The translations under genes were made by a program, and so were the position numbers. Of a stretch of DNA of 64,000 nucleotides, positions 55,991-64,000 are shown in pieces; the stretch's first letter is position 1, and the number at the start of each line of letters is the position of its first letter. This DNA is from Octopus sinensis (Eukaryota), in assembly GCF_006345805.1 (NCBI RefSeq), contig NC_043011.1, positions 40,560,464 through 40,624,463 of the forward strand, given 5' to 3'. A model generated the notes under the pieces. The model searched no databases. It was given only the letters and a program-made list of their open reading frames with translations, and had not been told where the DNA came from.

Positions 55991-57612
55991 CATTTGGACC
56001 AGTCTAAAGCTTTTGATAGGATTGACATCGATACCTGGCGACTGTGCTTGAGCGGTTCGGCCTAGGCCTTGGTTTCCGCAGGTGGTTTATCGCTTTGTAT
56101 CACAACATTGACTCGATAGTTCGGGGAACGGTTTCCTTTCGAAGCCGTTCTGCATCAGGCGCTCAGTTCGTCAAGGATGTCCGCTCTCACCACTTTTGTA
56201 TGTGGTGGCTCTTGTGCCCCTGCTACGAAGGTTGAGTGGCATCCCGAGAGAACCAGGTTTAGCTGAGTTTGTTACAGCTTACGCAGACGATAACACTATC
56301 AGCGTAACATCAGTAGCACGCCTACGTGAAGTGGGTAAAACTATTGAGGTTTACGAGACGGTGGCAGGAGCAAAGATTAACCGAGAAAAGTCGGTTGGCT
56401 TGCAGCTCGGCACCAGAGTTGTTGGGCGCTGGACAGAGGGATCGGTTAATTGCTAGGAGTCTGGTTTGGACCAGGCCTCCAGATAGTGAAGAACTGGACG
56501 GAGGTTTCGAGCAGGGTGGCTGCAGTAGTCAAGACCTGGTCTTGGCGATGGTTATCCCTGAAAGGGATGGCGGAAGTGGCCAGTGTGTTTATCGCATCAG
56601 TCATTACCTACCACCTGTCCGAATTCGTGGTTGATCAGGTTTTTTGTGGAAGGGCAGGTCGCCACTTGTGAAACGCTCTGTCGTCAAAAGCCGTTAAAGG
56701 GAAGTTTAGGGATGTTTTGGTTAATAATGCGCAGGCATGCGTTGAGGTTGAGGCATCTCTGGATTCTCCTGGATGGTGAACGGGTGTGGTCTCCGCTGGC
56801 CAGACAAACGTTCCTCGAGTTCAAAAATTTGTGCGAACAGGAAGCCTGGTGTTTTCGTAGACCGAGATCAAGTGAATGGCACAAAGAGTGCCGTAAAGCC
56901 ATCCTGCTAGTCTGGTGCTCGGGCAACGTCAGCGGTGGGTTGGTAGAGTCTGAATGTGACGATGGCCTGGGGGCGAACCTAGGTCTCGGGTATATTCAAC
57001 TGGACAGCCTGTTCCATCGTAATTCGGATCGAGAACGTTGGACAAGTTCCAATGTGGGCTTATGCTGAACACATGTTGTTAGGCGAAGGAAGTGTACGGC
57101 TGTCGACTGAAACAATTATAAAAATTGAACCACCGGAAGTTTTAACAAATGAAAGTAAGAATTGTTTTCTCACGGTCGTAGCAATAGCGAAAGAGGCAGT
57201 ATGGAAGACTAGGATAAAAGGGATTAAGACAGGCAACTTTATCTCCGGCCACGACTTACGATCATTTTTTACTTTTCATTTGAAAAGGAAGGTGTGGCTG
57301 GAGAAGGGTGTTTGTCAGAGAGTGTGTTCAAAAAGAGATGGAAGCATGTTGCACAAGTGTTGTGCGTACAAGGAACCGTGTGAATAGGCTATAAAAGAAG
57401 AACAGAAAAAGGTACCAGCGATAGATCGGGGCTTGTGGGGTCGGACCGTGGCCTGATCATCGTTACATTTGTGTTGTCTCTGTATTGTTAATTTCATTCG
57501 ATTTTTTAAATATTTTATATTCATATTTTATGTAAAATCATAACGTATTACTGGTTACAATCAGTTGTTGTGTCCATTTCTGTGTTTGGACCCCTGTGGC
57601 TAATAAACAAAT
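55991..57612 (+). mobile_element. Tx1/L1-type LINE, 5'-truncated (RT to 3' UTR), frameshifted
   Basis: LDQSKAFDRI, RQGCPLSPLLYV, TAYADDNTI, GAKINREKS, LLGVWFG, LSLKG.AEVA, AKEAVWKTR..FHLKRK. The 3' UTR ends ..CCCCTGTGGCTAATAAACAAAT. Confidence 0.9.
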
Positions 57613-57614
57613 TA

Positions 57615-57955
57615 GTATTTCGTCTGTCATTACGTTCTGAGTTCAAATTCCGCCGAGGTCGACTTTGCCTTTCATTCTTTCAGGCTCGATAAATTAAGTA
57701 CCAGATACGCACTGGCGTCGATGTAATCCCTTTGCCCTTGTTTTTCTCCTCTATGTTTAGCCCCTTGTGGGCAATAAAGAAGTAAGAAACGTTAGCACGA
57801 CGGGCGAAATGCTTAGAGGTATTTCGTCTGTCTTTACGTTCTGATTTCAAATTCAGCCGAGGTCGACTTCATCTTACATCCCTTCGGGGTCGATGAATTA
57901 AGTACCAGTTGCGTACTGGGATTAACCTAATCGACTGTCCTCCTTCCCAAAAACT
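57615..57955 (+). mobile_element. Family-A SINE units directly following the LINE 3' end
   Basis: GTATTTCGTCTG core, tail, partial head and second core. Confidence 0.88.
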
Positions 57956-58214
57956 TTGGATAGAGGGGAAGACTAGTTACTAGAGTTGTGATGTTGCAAC
58001 TTCTTGTTTGTTAAAAATAATTGACGGGAAAAAATACAAGTTCGCTTTTCAGAAGATATTTCCGACAAATTAAAGTCATTTTACAGAGAACTCCAGCTCT
58101 TATTAACAAGGTAACTTTGTGCGTTGGCCAACGTACGAAACTCCTACTTAGTACCTTTAATCACTCAGTTACATCTGCTAAATATTAATAGAGGCATACA
58201 TATACTCGACATAC

Positions 58215-58272
<58 letters not shown>

Positions 58273-58406
58273 TATGTATGTATGTATGTATTATGTATGT
58301 ATGTATGTAGTATGTATGTATGTATGTAGTATGTATGTATGTATGTATGTATGTATGTATGTATATACAGCAGAGTATTTGGAGAAAGATAGTTTTGGCC
58401 GGTTCA

Positions 58407-58464
58407 TGGGTTACCCAAGGTTTCGCGTTCATATAGTGCTTAGCTCTACGTCTCGTCAGAACCA
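58407..58464 (-). ncRNA. Type-I hammerhead ribozyme motif in a PLE pLTR remnant
   Basis: TGGTT-CTGACGA-GACGT..ACGC-GAAA-CC(ttg)GG-TA-ACCCA. Intact core, GUA triplet, stem I 4/5 bp. Lies just downstream (minus strand) of a degenerate GIY-YIG-like C-terminus (LCIRKLAT). Confidence 0.72.
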
Positions 58465-58655
58465 AATGCCGGGTAGCTTGTAACCTCTCTTCAAAATGGG
58501 GAGAGAAAAGGCCTCGTGGCTAGTTTTCGAATACACAACGGTCAAGCGCATGGGATTTTCTCCCTTAGACCACTATCCCTAATCCACTTAGTCAGCTAGC
58601 GGGTGTATAAACATTATATATATATATATAAATAAACGCACGCATTATATTTATG

Positions 58656-58693
<38 letters not shown>

Positions 58694-59478
58694 ATAGGCT
58701 TGTTCCAGTTTCTGCCTACCAAATCCACTCACATGGCTTTGACCGGTCCGAGGCTATAGTAGAAGGCACTTGCCCCAAGCGCCACGCAGTGGGACTGAAC
58801 CTAGAACTATATGGTTGATAATCAATCTAATACATAGAGACATAAATGCGTATATGCATAATGTTAAACTACAGAGTAATATTATACATACATACATACA
58901 TGCATACATACATACATACATACATACATACATACATACATACATACATACATACAGCAAAATAACTTTATGTTTAGCAAACAATAAGTCATACAGTTTG
59001 ATGTGTTCCAGAATTTATACCATATTCCAAATATTTATCCCAATATCAAACGCATTGTGCTGAAAAATAACTGTTACACCTTAAAATCAATAGTAACATT
59101 GAATTTTCCGCAAGAAATATCCAATAGTGTATCTAAAAGAATTTCAATAAGTATTGAATATTGATCTGATGTAGAAATGTCTTATATAGATGAATGGCTT
59201 CTCGGCGATGAATGGAACGCATTCGCAATAAAATACCTGAATAGTGTGCCATAAAAGTACAGGTCGTCGTTTTAGTAGGTTGGTTTCTTAGCTGCCTGTC
59301 TAAAGAATTTATGACTATATGTGTACCATATCTGCGAAATAGCGTCCAACACACGTACTCTAGCATGTAGATAAACATATGTATGTATGTATGTATGTAT
59401 GCATGTATGTATGTATGTATGTATGTATCTATATATCCATCCATCCATCCATCCATCCATCCATCCATCCATCCATCC

Positions 59479-59525
<47 letters not shown>

Positions 59526-59559
59526 ATCTATCTATCTATATATATATATATATATATTA

Positions 59560-59598
<39 letters not shown>

Positions 59599-59614
59599 CT
59601 GGTTTGTGTGTCTG

Positions 59615-59649
<35 letters not shown>

Positions 59650-59659
59650 GTCTGTCTGC

Positions 59660-59695
<36 letters not shown>

Positions 59696-59859
59696 AGTCA
59701 TTTGAACACCCCCTTTTTTAGTCGAAGAAATGACCTGTTACAGTTGAGATAGAATGATGCCAGCCAGGCCTGATCTCATCTTCAATGTCCCAGGCTTTGG
59801 GACCGATTCCAGTCAGTCTTAGGCTTTGCTTCAGCTAATCCTTGTATCGACGGAGGGGA

Positions 59860-60150
59860 TAGCCACGGATTTTTCTTCCAGAGGAAAGTTCACCATATAT
59901 AAAATTTGACGCAGTAGCCTGGTTTCTTTCGTTCTTGCTACATGGCGTGCCCATCATTTCGAAGCTGAACGACAGAGGAAAGAGAAAGAGAAACGACAAG
60001 AAAGGAAATGGAGGCTGCAACAACCTAATCCTCCACCACGGATTCCTTGCGAACTTCGCAGCAGACAATTCCATGCAAGAATCGACCTCTTCAGTCATCA
60101 GAGGCATAAACATGGACTGAGGGGAAGAAGTGGTCAAGAAGAAACCAAAT
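59860..60150 (+). pseudogene. RTE-clade LINE C-terminal fragment
   Basis: TWRAHHFEAERQRKEKEKRQERK..PRIPCELRSRQFHARIDLFSHQRHKH resembles the RTE/BovB C-terminus (W....FE..R..EKR..RK..C..C.R.FRARIGL.SH). Confidence 0.65.
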
Positions 60151-61110
60151 AAATTATCGGACACACGACGAACCGCCTACGAGTCGATGAAATCGACCCC
60201 AGAACTTATTCTTTGTAAACCTTGTACTTATTCTATCGTTCTCTCTTGCCGAACCTCCATGTGTGTGTATGTGTGTGTGGGTGTGTTTACTCTTATTTGC
60301 ACGATGAAATCTGCGTATGCGTATTTGTATTCCTTATCGTAAATGATCCTGTTCTGACGTTTGTAATCTAGCGGTTTGACCCCTCCTCTACTCGACATTC
60401 TATTATTCTGCACAGTAGTCTCCCACTTCACCTGTATCCTTCTTTCTCCATTCCTTCCCCAATAGCCATTCCTCTTCTCGCTATTGTCCACTTAAGCTTT
60501 ATCTCTCGCCAACAATTTAACAGAAATAATTTAGTGTTGCTTTCTCTGATGACAGGTTTGTAACATTAGTCATATCATATATATATGGCTATGCTTCGGT
60601 ACAGATTTATTCTCTTATTTGCTGCAAAAATGAGAGGGCCATCACACAATTCAAATATTAATATTTTTTCTGATAATTCACCTGAAGAAAACTGGTGGGG
60701 TTGGGATTCATAATGTATTCAATGTATTCATCAATAAATAAATAGGTCTGAAACAGCTGTAGAGAACTTCAGATCAGTTGCGTTCCTTAATGTAAACTCT
60801 ACACCTGGAACTGTCCATTTGTTCGATCTGCAATTCACAGTGAATAGTGAAACAAGTTGCTGGCATGCATATCCTTTTATTCTTTTATATGTTTCAGCCT
60901 TGATGCTGCGGCCATGCTGGGGCACATGCGTATGCTTATATGACTTTGTTTATTGATTTGTTTATGTACGTGTATATGTAGCGTTAGGACATGTCCGCGT
61001 ATACATTTATATATGAGTGAGTGTCCTTATGCACTATTCCCACGGATATGCTAATCTCGACCTTGACTTGTTGTTGCCTTTATTAAAATAATTCAAATGA
61101 ATCCTTCAAA

Positions 61111-61160
<50 letters not shown>

Positions 61161-61200
61161 ATGAAAATATCGGTGCTTCGTTGTACCATTTATTTACTTT

Positions 61201-61255
<55 letters not shown>

Positions 61256-61259
<4 letters not shown>

Positions 61260-61574
61260 ACAATCAAGGAACGGCCATAATAGGCCATTCACCACTAGAA
61301 ATAACAGCCAAAGCTTCAACCGCAAATAAAAGTCAATTCCGTAAACAGAGAAAATTTAAAAAAATTTACCCTGTAATTTCTTATACGATGCACCGTTTCG
61401 TCTGCTGTTTAATGGTAAACAGCAGACGAAACGGTGCATCGTATAAGAAATTACAGGGTAAATGTTTTTTAAATTTTCTCCTGTTTACGGAATTGACTTT
61501 TATTTGCGGTTGAAGCTTTGGCTGTTATTTCTAGTGGGTGAATGGCCTATTATGGCCGTTCCTTGATTGTTGAT
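61256..61574. repeat. Near-perfect ~157-bp-arm palindrome with a 4-nt loop
   Basis: Arms 61256-61411 / 61416-61574, loop ATGG. Each arm contains GAAACGGTGCATCGTA. Confidence 0.93.
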
Positions 61575-61757
61575 GTTGAACTTAAAAATGGTCTATGACT
61601 ATTTAATTTTTTCCCACTAGGCCGCTGGTGGCAAAAAAATTATGAGGGCTGTCTGACATTTCCAACGTTTATGGCGTTTCTTTCACGCGAAAACCTTCAA
61701 AGTTTGGAGCTTCGCTCAGCATACCTTAAGATGTATCAATATTGTCAGACGCAATAA

Positions 61758-62524
61758 GGCGGCGAGCTGGCAGAAATGTTAGCACGCCGGGCGAAATGCT
61801 TAGTGGTAGTTCGTCTGCGGTTACGTTCTGAGTTCAAATTCCTCCGAGGTCGACTTTGTCTTTCATCCTTTCGGGGTCGATAAATAAAGTACCAGTTACA
61901 CACTGGGGTCGATATAATCGACTTAATCCGTTTTTCTGTCCTTGTTTGTCCTCTCTGTGTTTAGCCCCTTGTGGGTAGTAAAGAAATAGGTATTTCGTCT
62001 GTCTTTATGTTCTGAGTTCAAATTCCGCCGAGGTCGACTTTCCTATTCATCCTTTCGGGGTCGATTAAATAAGTACCAGTTACGCACTGGGATCGATATA
62101 ATCGACTTAATCCGTTTGCCTGTCCTTGTTTGTCCTCTCTGTGTTTAGCCCCTTGTGGGTAGTAAAGAAATAGGTATTTCGTCTGTCTTTATGTTCTGAA
62201 TTCAAATTCTGCCGAGGTCGACTTTGCCTTTCATCCTTTCGAAGTCGATTAAATAAGTACCAGTTACACACTGGGATCTATATAATCGACTTAATCCGTT
62301 TGTCTGTCCTTGTTTGTCCTCTCTGTGTTTAGCCTCTTGTGGGTAGTAAAGAAATAGGTATTTCGTCTGTTTTTACGTTCTGAGTTCAAATTCTGCTAAG
62401 GTGGACTTTGACTTTCATCCTTATTGGGTCGATAAATTAAGTATCAGTTGCGTACTGGTGTCGATCTAATCAACTCGCTCCCTTCCCCAAAATTTCGAGC
62501 CTTGTGCCTAGAGTAGAAAAGAAT
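61758..62524 (+). mobile_element. Family-A SINE array: head, 3 internal units and a terminal unit
   Basis: B-box motif at 61825, 62009, 62193 and 62377 (exact 184-bp period). Confidence 0.95.
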
Positions 62525-62620
62525 ATTATATATATATATACATACATACATATCAAAAACATATGTGTATATATATATATATATACATATCAAAAATATA
62601 TATATATATATACATCACAA

Positions 62621-62662
<42 letters not shown>

Positions 62663-63041
62663 GCGTGTGTGTATACACACACATGTATAAATCATATAAC
62701 CTCCATTTAATTATAAATATGCAACACTATGCTCACTGGTAATCGTTGTACAGCTTTAAATTACTTCGGAATTACTAACTAATTACTATATCTAAACGAG
62801 GAATAGTTTTACACGAATCTTCATCGAAATATTTTAATTCCCACTAAACAGATTTCAAGTGTTCACAAACTCGCTATAAACACAACAAACATTAACTTCT
62901 GTAATTCTTTTCATCATCTGTTCTTACGTGCATAGATTTTGTTGCTTTTGGGTTTACCGAACAACGATGTAAAACCGCCATTTTGATTGTTCCGTTTATC
63001 TGTTTCATTTCCTTTTAATGTAACTTTATATGCGCGCGCGC

Positions 63042-63076
<35 letters not shown>

Positions 63077-63505
63077 CGAGCGTGTGTGTGCTGAACACTT
63101 GTGTGTATGCGTTCGTTATTTGTATGTATATATCTATGCATGTGTTCGCTTTGTATATGTGTCAATCTAAGCGTGCGTACGTACGTGGGTGCATGTTTGT
63201 GTTCGATGATTTCCTTTCCGTGTACGTTTGTTTGTGTATGTGCAGGTGTATATGTGCTTGGGTGCGCGCGTGTGTGTGTGTATTGGACATTGGTGGGTGT
63301 TTACGTTTGGTTGTGTACGCAAGCATACACCTGTCTTTGTTTAGAACGTGTATACAAGGTACTACACACAGGTATGTGTATCTCATGCATTTATGTGTAC
63401 GGTTGTGTACGTATGCGTGATGTGACTGTTTCATGCATCAGTGTGTGCATGCACGCGATCGTGTGTGTTTGTGTATGTATATATGTATATATAGATATAC
63501 ATATA

Positions 63506-63770
63506 CGAGCAAAACGCCCCCCGTCCAATGGACGGTGCTGAGATGTCAAACATTTAAACTTGCGCGTACAAATGCACGTTCCCACGGCTTTATCGATCGC
63601 ATTCTCACCTGGAATCGACTATTGTAAATTTTTTCAAGACTTATACACGCCCTGATACCATCGGTATCTACATATCAAATTTGAGCACAATTGGATGGAG
63701 GATGCCCGAGATCCTAGAAGACACACACACAGACAGACAGAACGTATTTTATATATATATATATATATAT
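63506..63770 (-). mobile_element. Non-autonomous Helitron/DINE-like element
   Basis: The minus strand starts (TA)n-AAAATACGTTCTGTCTGTCTGTGTG, has the subterminal hairpin CCGTCCA-T-TGGACGG and ends CTCG|t. Confidence 0.65.
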
Positions 63771-63780
63771 GTAATTTAGG

Positions 63781-63943
63781 GTATCTAAGAGGTATCCACG
63801 CTGGAAAGTGCAGCCAAAACCTGACTCTAAAACCACATTAAATGTTTATACACTTCTCTCCTGGTGCTGTATGAACAGTTAATGTGGTTTTAGAGTCCAG
63901 TTTTGGCTGCTATTTCCAGCGTGGAGGTATCTCTTAGAAATAC
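63781..63943. repeat. Imperfect ~70-bp-arm hairpin (MITE-like)
   Basis: CCACGCTGGAAA..GCAGCCAAAAC..GACTCTAAAACCACATTAA is inverted at 63869-63943. Confidence 0.8.
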
Positions 63944-64000
63944 GGAATTATAATTTTAATAATAATTATAACCTTTGAATGTTTTTATTCCCATGCTGGC

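Noticed and set aside
59100-59370. Non-repetitive-looking stretch with short open frames ([20 protein letters not shown])
   Set aside because: It is interrupted by stops and matches no protein family I recognise.
60370-60495. Possible RTE-type C-terminal fragment on the minus strand (GRNGERRIQVKWETT)
   Set aside because: The similarity is too weak to call by eye.
61758-62524. Regularly spaced repeats suggesting a CRISPR array
   Set aside because: The units are near-identical over their whole 184 bp with no unique spacers, the context is eukaryotic, and there are no cas genes.

Overview
AT-rich, repeat-saturated eukaryotic genomic DNA with no prokaryotic features. The SINE, LINE and microsatellite content resembles a coleoid cephalopod such as Octopus; this is inference, not checked. 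I found no confident host protein-coding gene, and most ORF-track entries are translations of (TA)n/(TATG)n/(TAA)n microsatellites. Recognisable content: (i) a decayed, near full-length R4/Dong-type RLE retrotransposon (46.3-49.95 kb, minus) embedded in (TAA)n; (ii) a Penelope-like element (RT + GIY-YIG, 36.5-40.3 kb) with inverted terminal repeats that each carry an intact hammerhead ribozyme core; (iii) Tx1/L1-type LINE pieces (ORF1 at 28.5-29.1 and 51.6-52.7 kb, ORF2 at 56.0-57.6 and 9.4-9.6 kb); (iv) RTE, mariner and non-autonomous Helitron remnants; (v) dozens of tRNA-derived SINEs from at least four families. Two unexpected themes emerge. First, there are about 15 type-I hammerhead motifs in 64 kb, several inside fold-back palindromes whose turn-point falls within the ribozyme. 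Second, the commonest SINE forms arrays with a 184-bp period whose ~55-nt tail is homologous to the 3' terminus of the Tx1-type LINEs, and LINE ends join the SINE at the same positions that delimit the unit, suggesting a SINE-targeted LINE/SINE system. All alignments and folds were done by eye.
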